From IMG/VR virus record IMGVR_UViG_3300045988_063822: a stretch of DNA of 38,666 bases. One strand, given 5' to 3'. The translations under genes were made by a program, and so were the position numbers. Positions 15,009 through 23,053 of the stretch are shown piece by piece. The stretch's first letter is position 1. Each line of letters starts with the position of its first letter. Origin of the DNA: a virus. Under the pieces are notes generated by a model that saw nothing but the letters and a program-made list of their open reading frames with translations, was not told the DNA's origin and made no database searches.

Positions 15009-16080
15009 TGTGAGCCGTATTTTGCAGGACGCCGCACCTGCACCGAAAGATATGACGCTGCCGGAAACAGGGCCGCGGACGGCGGAGACCATCGGCAGCG
15101 AGATCCGCTATCTGTCCCATCAGGCCAAGTGCATGACGGTCTGGTTCGGCGTGGAGATCGGCAAGCGCCTTGCCGAGGCAAAGGCTATGGTTGGGCACGG
15201 CGGCTGGCTGGATTTCCTGAAAAACGAAACGGAGTTTTCAAAATCTTCTGCTGCGAGATTTATGCAGATTGCCAAGGAATATGGAAACAATTCAAATTTC
15301 CCAACGTTGGGAAATTTGAGTGTATCGAACGCTTTGCAGCTGCTCGCGGTGCCTGCCGAAGAGCGCGAGGAGTTCGCCGAGGCGGTCGATGCGGAGAATC
15401 TTTCCGCCCGCGAGCTGGAACAGGCCATTCGAGAGCGCGACGAGGCGCGGAAGCAGCTGGAGGCCGAGCGCGTAGCCAGCGAGGGCGCGGCGCTGAAGCT
15501 GGCCGACATCACCTCCGCCCTCGATGCGGAGAAGGAAAAGACGGCAGCACTTCGGGAGCGCACCGACGCGCAGGCCGCGAAGATCACGGAACTGGAAAAC
15601 CGGCCGGTCGAGGTCGCCGTGCAGGCGGCAGACCCGGCGGAGATCGAAAAGGCTGTTGCGGATGCGCTGGCCGATGCGGAGAAAAAGCACAAGGCCGACG
15701 TCGCTGCGCTGGAAAAGCGCCGCAGGGAGGCCGAGAAGAAGCAGGCGGAGCTTCAGGCCGAGGCTGCAAAGGCTATGGCTGATCTGAAAAACAGCACGGG
15801 CCGTGCAGATGACCTGACGCGCCGCGTCGAAACGCTTCAGGCCGAGCTAGAAGCCGCAAAGGCAAACGCCGAGAAGCTTCAGAAGGCAGGGACGATCCAG
15901 TCGGACGCGGACATTGCCGTCTTTCAGAGCTTCTTTCAGGCGGTGCAGGAAAACTTCAACCGCGCTTGCGGCCTGATGCAGAAGGTCAAGACTCGCGACG
16001 CGGAGAAGGCCGCGAAGCTGGCCCGGTTCAGCCGGGACGCACTGGCCAAGATGGCGGCGCTGGTCGAAAAGGAGGCATGA
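14992..16080 (+). CDS. DUF3102-like protein with a long Ala/Glu/Lys coiled coil; candidate ParB-analogous partner of ParA. The start is TTG 14992 or GTG 14998.
   Basis: The N-terminal part TAETIGSEIRYLSHQAKCMTVWFGVEIGKRLAEAKAMVGHGGWLDFLKNETEFSKSSAARFMQIAKEYG matches my recollection of DUF3102. It overlaps the end of parA. Confidence 0.55.
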   Translation: MTVPFDVSRILQDAAPAPKDMTLPETGPRTAETIGSEIRYLSHQAKCMTVWFGVEIGKRLAEAKAMVGHGGWLDFLKNETEFSKSSAARFMQIAKEYGNNSNFPTLGNLSVSNALQLLAVPAEEREEFAEAVDAENLSARELEQAIRERDEARKQLEAERVASEGAALKLADITSALDAEKEKTAALRERTDAQAAKITELENRPVEVAVQAADPAEIEKAVADALADAEKKHKADVAALEKRRREAEKKQAELQAEAAKAMADLKNSTGRADDLTRRVETLQAELEAAKANAEKLQKAGTIQSDADIAVFQSFFQAVQENFNRACGLMQKVKTRDAEKAAKLARFSRDALAKMAALVEKEA

Positions 16081-16244
16081 TGGCAAAAAAGAAGCGGCGG
16101 ACACTCCCGCCGCCATCTCCTGGGACGGAATGTTATAACCTGCTGTGCCCGTATCGCCACAACAGCACGCAGTCGGTTTACAGTTGTACGATGGTTCGCC
16201 TCTGTGCGGCCCGAAAACTGGAAAGGAGTCCACGCCATGAATGA
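16077..16244 (+). CDS. Hypothetical small Cys-rich protein (55 aa).
   Basis: The ATG overlaps the upstream stop (catgatgg). Confidence 0.4.
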   Translation: MMAKKKRRTLPPPSPGTECYNLLCPYRHNSTQSVYSCTMVRLCAARKLERSPRHE

Positions 16245-16473
16245 GCCTTTGACTCTGCAAGAGCTTGTGGAGATGAACGGTCAGCAGGTTTGGGCTGGAG
16301 AGCCGTTTAACGATTGGGTCAAGCTCATAATCGGCCCCTATGGCATTCCAAGCAGTATGCCTCCTGTAAAATTGTACCGTGCCCAACCAGATACGTTCGT
16401 GGAAGCAGGAAAGGCTGACAATGAAGCGCATAACGAGCTGGAACGGCGACTGTGTGCGGATCAACGGGTATAG
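16237..16473 (+). CDS. Hypothetical protein (78 aa).
   Basis: RBS ggaaaggag upstream of ATG 16237. Confidence 0.5.
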   Translation: MNEPLTLQELVEMNGQQVWAGEPFNDWVKLIIGPYGIPSSMPPVKLYRAQPDTFVEAGKADNEAHNELERRLCADQRV

Positions 16474-16514
16474 CTTTTCCCACAACGAAAATTACATGAG
16501 GGTGGTGATCTCGG

Positions 16515-17051
16515 ATGAGTAAAGCAGTTTTAATCAGCATCCGTCCGAAATGGTGCGAGAAGATCGTGTTAGGCGAAAAGACCATCGAGGTTCGCAAGAC
16601 GCGCCCAAAACTGGAAACGCCGTTCAAGGCGTACATCTACTGCACCAGCGGTAGACCTGACCTGAACATTCCTATTTCGCCGGAACGTCTGATGCAGGAC
16701 TACTTAGATACAGGTTCCATGCAGTCACTGAACTGCCCGCTTGGGAATGGCAAGGTCATTGGAGAGTTTACCTGTGACCGAATCGACACGATCCTTCCTG
16801 CAAACGAACCATACGGTATTTACGACATCGACGACGATTATGTCTTTCAGACGTGCCTTGAATATGGTGCGCTTTGGAACTATGGAAACGGCCAAACGCT
16901 ATACGGCTGGCACATTTCCAGCCTGAAGATCTACGATGAGCCGAAGGAGCTGGGAGAGTTTACAGGGCTGCGCAAGACGAAGTTCGGCATGGAGCATGTG
17001 GCGATCACGCGGCCATTTCAAAGCTGGGGATATGTGGAGGAATTGCCGTGA
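16515..17051 (+). CDS. ASCH-domain (PUA-like) protein.
   Basis: The N-terminus AVLISIRPKWCEKIVLGEKTIEVRKTRPK...KAYIYCT matches the typical ASCH pattern. Confidence 0.6.
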   Translation: MSKAVLISIRPKWCEKIVLGEKTIEVRKTRPKLETPFKAYIYCTSGRPDLNIPISPERLMQDYLDTGSMQSLNCPLGNGKVIGEFTCDRIDTILPANEPYGIYDIDDDYVFQTCLEYGALWNYGNGQTLYGWHISSLKIYDEPKELGEFTGLRKTKFGMEHVAITRPFQSWGYVEELP

Positions 17052-17248
17052 AGCCACCGTGTGAGAGGAACTGTCCGTCTCGGACAGTGGGATGTCACAC
17101 AAAGTGTGCGCCGTATCTGGAATATGAGGAAGCGAAACAGGCGGAATATCGGGCGAGAGAAGTCGAACGGAGCCGCGACGCCTACACTGCGGATGCGAAG
17201 AAGCGGTGTAAGAGCGTGGAGCGGCTGAGAAAGGCGGGGCTATTGTAA
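17048..17248 (+). CDS. Hypothetical small Cys-rich protein (GTG start).
   Basis: GGAGGAA lies upstream of GTG 17048. Sequence CERNCPSRTVGCHTKC. Confidence 0.45.
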   Translation: MKPPCERNCPSRTVGCHTKCAPYLEYEEAKQAEYRAREVERSRDAYTADAKKRCKSVERLRKAGLL

Positions 17249-18141
17249 TGGACTTGGAACAGAGCGCGTTTGAGGCGCTGCGATTTGCGTCGGCGCAGAG
17301 CTTGAAAATATACAAGCAACCGCTGGTAATTAAATACTCGGGCGGGAAGGATTCAGACGTGCTTTTGCATCTGGCTAGGAAATCTGGTATCCCGTATGAG
17401 GTGCTGCACTCACTGACTACGGCGGACGCACCGGAAACCGTATGGCACGTGCGGGATACCTTCCGCCGATTGGAGCTGGCGAACGTAAAGTGCACAATCG
17501 ATACGCACCGGACGCCGGACGGCGGAAACGCGACGATGTGGAATCTGATCCCGAGAAAGCTCATGCCGCCCACAAGGATCAAGAGGTACTGCTGCGAAGT
17601 CTTGAAGGAGAACGGAGGCCGAGGCCGTTTTATCGCGACCGGCGTAAGGTGGGACGAATCGTCGAGGCGGAAAAACAGCCGCGGTGTGATCGAGGTATCC
17701 CACAGAGACAAAAACAAGCGACTGATCCTGATGGATGACAACGACGAGGCCCGGATGCAGTTTGAAACGTGCCAGCTCAAGGGCCAGCGGACGGTGAATC
17801 CCATCATCGGATGGTCAACGGCTGACGTGTGGGATTACGTAACGGCGGAACATATCCCTATGAATCCGCTCTATGGCTGCGGCCACACGCGGGTTGGATG
17901 TATCGGATGCCCGTTAGCTTCGAAACGTACCAGAATAGAGGAATTTATAATCTGGCCGAAATACAAGCAAGCATATATCCGCGCGTTTGATCGGATGCTA
18001 AAGGAACGACACCGCCGCGGGAAGATGGACGGCGGGATGCGATGGGGCGATAATGGGGTGGACATATTTAACTGGTGGATGGAAAACGCTGTGCTTCCGG
18101 GGCAGGAAGTGCTAGAAGAATTTCGGGAGGATTTGATATGA
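17248..18141 (+). CDS. PAPS-reductase-family (PP-loop ATP pyrophosphatase, DndC/IbrA-like) protein.
   Basis: PP-loop motif YSGGKDSDVLLHLA and a C-terminal Cys cluster CGHTRVGCIGCPLA. Confidence 0.75.
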   Translation: MDLEQSAFEALRFASAQSLKIYKQPLVIKYSGGKDSDVLLHLARKSGIPYEVLHSLTTADAPETVWHVRDTFRRLELANVKCTIDTHRTPDGGNATMWNLIPRKLMPPTRIKRYCCEVLKENGGRGRFIATGVRWDESSRRKNSRGVIEVSHRDKNKRLILMDDNDEARMQFETCQLKGQRTVNPIIGWSTADVWDYVTAEHIPMNPLYGCGHTRVGCIGCPLASKRTRIEEFIIWPKYKQAYIRAFDRMLKERHRRGKMDGGMRWGDNGVDIFNWWMENAVLPGQEVLEEFREDLI

Positions 18142-18368
18142 ATTTGAAGTCGGAAGAACTGGTCAAGGCACTGCGGTGCTGCGCCGAGGGCGAATGTGGC
18201 GGATGCCCAATGTACGCAGATAGGCAAAGATGCCAAGAGCAAACGCTCGCTTCTGCCGCCGACCAGATCGAGCGCGACCAGAAGGAGCTGGCCGCGCTGC
18301 GTGAGAAAATTGAGTGGCTGGAACGGAGGGCGTATAGGCCGCATCCTGCGATAACATCGACGCTATGA
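18138..18368 (+). CDS. Hypothetical small Cys-rich protein (76 aa).
   Basis: ATGA-style overlap with the upstream stop. Sequence LRCCAEGECGGCPMY. Confidence 0.5.
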   Translation: MNLKSEELVKALRCCAEGECGGCPMYADRQRCQEQTLASAADQIERDQKELAALREKIEWLERRAYRPHPAITSTL

Positions 18369-18380
18369 GGAGGACACACC

Positions 18381-18728
18381 ATGAATGGACAATCGGCTCG
18401 GGAGCGTGAGCTATTTGACAAGCTGGTGAGAGCGGCCATCGACAAAAAGGATGTACGGAAAATGGTGCAAGGAATGGCAGTCCTTGCGAGAATCAGGGGG
18501 ATAAACGACAGGAGCGCGGAGATTCCGCCGCTGAGCCCATACCAGTATCCGGATCTTGGAATCGCGGAAAGAATCGAAAAGAAGAAAGCGGGCGGTGATT
18601 ATAGCCCGTATTTCATTTGTGATGACTGCACGGAATGGCACAAGATCGTATGCACAGGAAATTGCTTCGGAAATGTGCATGAGTGGATCGAGCAGTATAG
18701 ACACGGAAGTCGTAAGGAGGATGGATAA
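18381..18728 (+). CDS. Hypothetical protein (115 aa).
   Basis: RBS gaggagg upstream of the ATG. Confidence 0.55.
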   Translation: MNGQSARERELFDKLVRAAIDKKDVRKMVQGMAVLARIRGINDRSAEIPPLSPYQYPDLGIAERIEKKKAGGDYSPYFICDDCTEWHKIVCTGNCFGNVHEWIEQYRHGSRKEDG

Positions 18729-19075
18729 TGGAGCGCATGACGAGCTGGAAAAACGACTGTGTGCGGATCAACGGGCATAAGCTGGCAGACGTAACATTAC
18801 CTGACATCGTTCAGATGGCGGATCTTCTTGCGCGCTATGAGGACGCGGACGGTCCGATGATGCGCATCCGGCCGGGCGATACGGTTTGGCTATCTCAGAT
18901 GTTTTACACGCGTCCCAAAAAGCCGCTCCCGGTCACGGTGGACGCCATACGGATTGATCGGGAGGGCGTGATGTTTATCACGGGGCGACGGAGATTTTCG
19001 GAGGAAGCGATTGGAAAGACCGTGTTTCTTTCCAAAGAGGAAGCGGAAAATGCTTTGCAGGGGATGGAGGAATGA
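18728..19075 (+). CDS. Hypothetical protein (115 aa).
   Basis: RBS aggagg. The first 16 codons are duplicated at 16421-16468. Confidence 0.55.
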   Translation: MERMTSWKNDCVRINGHKLADVTLPDIVQMADLLARYEDADGPMMRIRPGDTVWLSQMFYTRPKKPLPVTVDAIRIDREGVMFITGRRRFSEEAIGKTVFLSKEEAENALQGMEE

Positions 19076-19560
19076 CGATGAAACGTCTGACATTTGAGGG
19101 CAACTTCTGCGATATTGCGCGGTGCAAGGAAGTGAAGTGCCCGTACGATACCGATTGCAGCCAGAAACAGGTATGGGAACGGCTGAAAGCCTATGAGGGC
19201 ACGGGCCTGACGCCGGAGGAAATCAAGGCTCCGTTTACGGAGGACGCGATGATAAATCTGGCAGCGCAGGCGCTGGGAGTGGAACCTAGCCGCCTGCGGG
19301 AGCTGGCCGTGGCCGACAAGGACGGGCGGGTGGTCGTGCCGCCGTGCAAGGTGGGCGATGTTGTGTACGGATTCCACGGGGAAAAGACCATATTGCCGAT
19401 GGTGGCAAAATGGATCGAAACGAACACTGACGGATGGTGCATTGCAGTACAATACGCGCCAATGGCCCCAAGGTTTTATAGGTTTTCCGATTTTGGTAAG
19501 ACCGTATTTCTCACCCGCGAGGAAGCCAAGAAGGCTTTGCAGGAAATGGAGGGAAAATGA
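19072..19560 (+). CDS. Hypothetical protein (162 aa).
   Basis: Translationally coupled to both flanking genes. Sequence WERLKAYEGTGLTPEEI. Confidence 0.55.
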   Translation: MTMKRLTFEGNFCDIARCKEVKCPYDTDCSQKQVWERLKAYEGTGLTPEEIKAPFTEDAMINLAAQALGVEPSRLRELAVADKDGRVVVPPCKVGDVVYGFHGEKTILPMVAKWIETNTDGWCIAVQYAPMAPRFYRFSDFGKTVFLTREEAKKALQEMEGK

Positions 19561-19739
19561 TGGTAAAAAGAATCTGCGACCGATGCGGGGCGGAGATAAA
19601 CCCCACGAGTTCGGCAACGTATGTAAACGTAAGGGGCGCCTATCGCGATCCAACGGGAGAAATCGAGCTTTGCTGCTCATGCGGGATGCGCATTCGTGAA
19701 TGGCTAAAACCGACCGAGGAGGGCAAGAAGAATGTTTGA
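19557..19739 (+). CDS. Small zinc-ribbon protein (60 aa).
   Basis: CDRCG ... CCSCG. Confidence 0.45.
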   Translation: MMVKRICDRCGAEINPTSSATYVNVRGAYRDPTGEIELCCSCGMRIREWLKPTEEGKKNV

Positions 19740-19956
19740 AAATCGTGTGTGTTTCAGCGTCAGAGGCGAGTTTGGGGCAGAAATGAAATTCGATTCCGAG
19801 GGAGAGATTCCACGCGAAGAACTGGAACGTAGCATTGATAAGAATGTATTGCTCGAAATGATGTGTCTTGATCAGCTCGGCTATACAGGCGAGGACGTTA
19901 CGTTTATTTCGCCAGAGGAATACGACAAACAGTATGGAGATGATGACGATGGCTGA
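19732..19956 (+). CDS. Hypothetical acidic protein (74 aa).
   Basis: ORF in a coupled gene string. Confidence 0.45.
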   Translation: MFENRVCFSVRGEFGAEMKFDSEGEIPREELERSIDKNVLLEMMCLDQLGYTGEDVTFISPEEYDKQYGDDDDG

Positions 19957-20224
19957 CGAATATATCCGGCGCAGCGATGCGCTAAAGGGCGTCGAACTGT
20001 TTCAATGCGGCTGGGCAGAGATCGAAGCCGTACAGTCGGATTATATTGAGCGATTGCCCGCCGCCGACGTTGCGCCGGTGGTGCGCTGCAAGGACTGCAA
20101 ATATGGAGACTATGACAGCAAGCCGGACGGCGCTATGGTCTGCCTGAGAACGAAGGATGGATTTTGGAGAAAAGAAACGGATTTCTGCTCCTATGGGGAG
20201 AGAAAGGACAACGATGAACACTGA
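19949..20224 (+). CDS. Hypothetical Cys-containing protein. Alternative in-frame ATGs lie at 19934-19943.
   Basis: RCKDCKY...DFCSYGERK. Confidence 0.5.
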   Translation: MADEYIRRSDALKGVELFQCGWAEIEAVQSDYIERLPAADVAPVVRCKDCKYGDYDSKPDGAMVCLRTKDGFWRKETDFCSYGERKDNDEH

Positions 20225-20735
20225 AATTACACTGTTGAAGTGGCCGGGCGATGAAGATTGGATGTTTGCCAAGAGCTGCGCACTTGTGACGATTGGGAAG
20301 CACTCGGGAAAAGCACCGGACATGGAATGGAAGCACAGGATGCTCCGGGCGAAGCACAGTCCAATTCGGACGCTGAACTTCGCGTTTTACCTTCACAACG
20401 TGCCGTACTACGTCAGCACACACCTTGCGCGGCACGTCCATTCCGTCCCGTTCATCAAAAGCCAGCGCAACGACCGTCAGAGCGACTATGACAGGAACGC
20501 AGCGCGGCAGGACGCGCCGGTGGATATGATCTGGTACATGAACGCGGAAGAACTGTTGACGGTCGCCAGCAAGCGCCTGTGCCGCAAGGCAGACCCGGCA
20601 ACACAGGAGATCGTCAAGAGGATGCGGACGCTTGTGGTAGACAAATGCCAAGAGTTCCGCGGATTGATGGCTCCGCCGTGCGCGTTTATGGACGAGTGCC
20701 CGGAAATGGAGCCGTGCAAGGAGGGACAGGCATGA
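20214..20735 (+). CDS. ThyX-like (flavin-dependent thymidylate synthase fold) protein, short and divergent.
   Basis: KHSPIRTLNFAFYLHNVPYYVSTHLARHVHSVPFIKSQRN aligns by eye with the ThyX stretch [39 protein letters not shown]. The RHR motif reads RHV here. Confidence 0.5.
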   Translation: MNTEITLLKWPGDEDWMFAKSCALVTIGKHSGKAPDMEWKHRMLRAKHSPIRTLNFAFYLHNVPYYVSTHLARHVHSVPFIKSQRNDRQSDYDRNAARQDAPVDMIWYMNAEELLTVASKRLCRKADPATQEIVKRMRTLVVDKCQEFRGLMAPPCAFMDECPEMEPCKEGQA

Positions 20736-20905
20736 CGTACATGGAGGCATGGAGGATTATGGCCCCGAAGCTCATGCCGCTAGATACGGACGATGAGCGC
20801 GAAGCGTATCTCAAACTGTTCTGGGCGGTGAAAGAGTGCGAAAGGGAGGAACAGCATGGAAAAGCTGGCAAAGCGGATCAGGAGCAGCAACAAGCAGTAC
20901 TTTGA
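20732..20905 (+). CDS. Hypothetical small protein (57 aa). An overlapping 31-aa alternative ORF lies at 20856-20951.
   Basis: ATGA overlap with the upstream stop. Confidence 0.35.
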   Translation: MTYMEAWRIMAPKLMPLDTDDEREAYLKLFWAVKECEREEQHGKAGKADQEQQQAVL

Positions 20906-20947
20906 GCTGGAAATCAAGCTCTATGCGGTCAGAAAGGCGGTTATGGA

Positions 20948-21304
20948 ATGATCGAGGGAACGAAAGACGACAACGGGAAACTGAAGCTCTCCCGTGTGCC
21001 GCCGGAACTCATTGAGGCGGTGGCCAGAGTACGGGATTTCGGGGACAGAAAATACACAGACCCTGAGAACTGGAGGCACATTGCCCCGGAACGGTGGCAC
21101 GAGGCGCTGCTGCGCCATGTGCTGGCGATTTGGAATGATCCGATGCACATTGATGAGGAATCTGGCCTGCCGTCTCTGTGGCATGTAGCGTGCAATGCGG
21201 CGTTTTTGTGTGCACAGGATAACGAGCTAAACCCGTTTTGGAAAGAAACACCGTTTGAGGACACTGAGAGAGGAACCGGCGGGTTCGGGAGCACGGGAAG
21301 ATAA
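20948..21304 (+). CDS. DUF5664-like protein (dATP/dGTP pyrophosphohydrolase N-terminal-domain-like).
   Basis: KDDNGKLKLSRVPPELIEAVARVRDFGDRKYTDPENWR...EALLRHVLAIWNDPMHIDEESGLPSLWHVACNAAFL. Confidence 0.55.
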   Translation: MIEGTKDDNGKLKLSRVPPELIEAVARVRDFGDRKYTDPENWRHIAPERWHEALLRHVLAIWNDPMHIDEESGLPSLWHVACNAAFLCAQDNELNPFWKETPFEDTERGTGGFGSTGR

Positions 21305-21531
21305 TGGACTACTGGCACAAGGACTGGAAATGTCCGTTCTACAAGTACAACGAGCAGCGGAAGGTGTGCGGCAAGGACTGCGAGCATGCGCGTGATCTCG
21401 GTTTTCAATTCGGCAGTCTGGCGCATGAGTCGTGGTTTTGCATATACAATGGGCCTCACACCACAGGCGCAAATGATTTTTGCAGCCACGGGCCAAAACG
21501 AGAGAAAGGAGAACTTGAAGATGATCCTTGA
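21304..21531 (+). CDS. Hypothetical Cys-containing protein (75 aa).
   Basis: The ATG overlaps the upstream stop. Confidence 0.5.
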   Translation: MDYWHKDWKCPFYKYNEQRKVCGKDCEHARDLGFQFGSLAHESWFCIYNGPHTTGANDFCSHGPKREKGELEDDP

Positions 21532-21688
21532 TATTTTGAATCTGCTGGCGCTGATCGAGTGGATCGCGCTGGGCGTTGTTGTCTGGCTCAAGGCGCGGAG
21601 CCTGTATCGCCGCTCGAAAGCGGTGCTGGATGCGCTGCAATCGGAAGAAACGGAGGTTTATGAAGATGACGCGGAAACGCTGCTGTAA
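21521..21688 (+). CDS. Hypothetical small membrane protein (55 aa).
   Basis: Hydrophobic N-terminus ILDILNLLALIEWIALGVVVWL. Confidence 0.4.
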   Translation: MILDILNLLALIEWIALGVVVWLKARSLYRRSKAVLDALQSEETEVYEDDAETLL

Positions 21689-21887
21689 ATTGCTGATGGC
21701 CTGTGGAGCCACCAGGAACGAAGCAAACCAAGCTATGCGCTTTGCGCACAAAGTGTACAATTGCACAAACTACGAATGTCTCTACCTCGCATTGAAGCCG
21801 CTGCTGTACTTGCAAACCCTTCGCAACCGACCTAGCGTTCCCGACACAGTGCTTAAAGCATTTGGTATCAATCCGGATGAACTATAA
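21660..21887 (+). CDS. Hypothetical protein (75 aa), the last gene before the Rep-like cassette.
   Basis: RBS ggagg lies 4 nt upstream of ATG 21660. Confidence 0.45.
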   Translation: MKMTRKRCCKLLMACGATRNEANQAMRFAHKVYNCTNYECLYLALKPLLYLQTLRNRPSVPDTVLKAFGINPDEL

Positions 21888-21953
21888 ATGATTTGGACTT
21901 TTGCCCGCGCGGGATGCCATTGCCGTGACGGGGAGGATCAGCCGGATGATATA

Positions 21954-21977
21954 GCCAGCCCGGATCTCCGGGCTGGC
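21954..21977. other. Perfect 10-bp-stem hairpin (4-nt loop) upstream of the Rep-like gene. No T-tract follows it.
   Basis: gccagcccgg atct ccgggctggc. A separate 10-bp palindrome CCCGCGCGGG lies at 21904-21913. Confidence 0.6.
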
Positions 21978-22008
21978 ACACAAAGAAAGGGATGATAACA
22001 TCAGTCGA

Positions 22009-22719
22009 GTGATAGAGCTTCAGGCCGGGACGCGGTTCCGAGCCATTGAGCTGGCCGCGGCTCCGCAGCAAAAGCGGACGCGGGCGTCGCGGCAATTTGA
22101 GACGAGCCTTGTACGGGAGGCCGTTAACATCAAGACCGCCTGCATGCGGTTGGAATTTCTGCTTTACGCGAACTTTGCACTGGATGATTGGTTCGTGACG
22201 TTGACCTATGACGAGGATTTTCTTCCACCGAACTATGAGACGGCCCGGAAGAATCAGCCGGCCTACTTCCGCAGGCTGCGGCAGGCGCGCCGGGCGGAAG
22301 ATCTTCCGTTTGATTATGTGTACGTCATGGAGGGTCTGCACGGAGATCATCGCATCCATCACCATTTCGTGACCAAGCGCGCGCCGGGCAACGACATCGC
22401 TCTATTCCGTGAACTGTGGGGCAAGGGCTTTGTCGATGTGCAGACCATTGAGGAGTTCGGCGGCTATCGCGCCGTCGCGCAGTACATGACCAAGGAGCCG
22501 CGCAAAACCGGCAAACTCCGGGTCGGCGCTCGGATGTGGACGCCAAGTATCGGGCTGGTACAGCCGGAGCGGCACGACATCGAGCTTGCACCGGGCGAGC
22601 ACTACTCGCCGCCGCCGGGCGCTTCGGCCTTCGAAGGTGGAAAGTTCCCGGAACGCATCGAGAACTGTTACGGGACCTTTGTGACCTACGATTTCGAAAT
22701 CCCGGCTTTGCAAACTTAA
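22009..22719 (+). CDS. Rolling-circle replication initiator-like HUH endonuclease (Rep). The GTG start is uncertain.
   Basis: Three ordered motifs: FVTLTY (motif I), GDHRIHHHFV (HUH, motif II) and AVAQYMTKEPRK (catalytic Tyr, motif III). Confidence 0.55.
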   Translation: MIELQAGTRFRAIELAAAPQQKRTRASRQFETSLVREAVNIKTACMRLEFLLYANFALDDWFVTLTYDEDFLPPNYETARKNQPAYFRRLRQARRAEDLPFDYVYVMEGLHGDHRIHHHFVTKRAPGNDIALFRELWGKGFVDVQTIEEFGGYRAVAQYMTKEPRKTGKLRVGARMWTPSIGLVQPERHDIELAPGEHYSPPPGASAFEGGKFPERIENCYGTFVTYDFEIPALQT

Positions 22720-22734
22720 TATCTATATTTTGAC

Positions 22735-22983
22735 TTGAAACAATATATAAATACTGGGAAGGAGCGACAAAAGGACTTGCAATCTGAGAAACGGCGTGAT
22801 ATACTGTTAGTGTCAGCAGACGGGAAGTTGATTTGCCCGTTGTGCGGGCGCCCGACGCAGCAGCGTGTGCGGCCGACGACCGTGCTGACAGACTTTCCGC
22901 TGTACTGCAAGCTGTGCAAGCGAGAGTCGATCGTGAATATGAGCCAGAGCCAAAACCATCGAGTTAGTGCCAGCGCCAAATGA
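22735..22983 (+). CDS. Cysteine-rich KTR-domain protein (zinc ribbon). The true start is probably internal (TTG 22777 or GTG 22810).
   Basis: LICPLCGRPTQQRVRPTTVLTDFPLYCKLCKRESIV matches the WILCPVCGNKTR..IR.DT.L.NFPLYCPKCK pattern. Confidence 0.6.
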   Translation: MKQYINTGKERQKDLQSEKRRDILLVSADGKLICPLCGRPTQQRVRPTTVLTDFPLYCKLCKRESIVNMSQSQNHRVSASAK

Positions 22984-23053
22984 TTTGACCGTGAAAACGG
23001 AGAATCGTTTGGCGCTTTTGTTTTGCACCCGAGGTGATAGCCGGATGGCACGA

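Noticed and set aside
12682-15092. Long minus-strand ORFs (12682-13956 and 13953-15092). Similar ones occur at 3074-3730, 3582-4334, 5676-6467, 23889-25295, 25706-26650, 27543-28601, 31859-32938, 32969-33832, 34342-35607, 35909-36757 and 37575-38288.
   Set aside because: They lie antisense to well-supported plus-strand genes (DnaB, ParA, lysis genes, terminase, portal, capsid, tape measure, tail). Their products are Arg/Ala/Gly/Pro-rich low-complexity sequences, as expected for stop-poor antisense frames in GC-rich DNA. They lack RBS motifs.
22720-22810. Resemblance of the AT-rich island after the Rep-like gene (ACTTGAAACAATATATAAATAC) to the phiX174-type origin nick sequence.
   Set aside because: The similarity is limited to a few bases (ACTTGA plus AT-rich context), which is expected by chance in AT-rich DNA. 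The island also contains promoter-like hexamers for the KTR gene. It is kept only as a place to test nicking.
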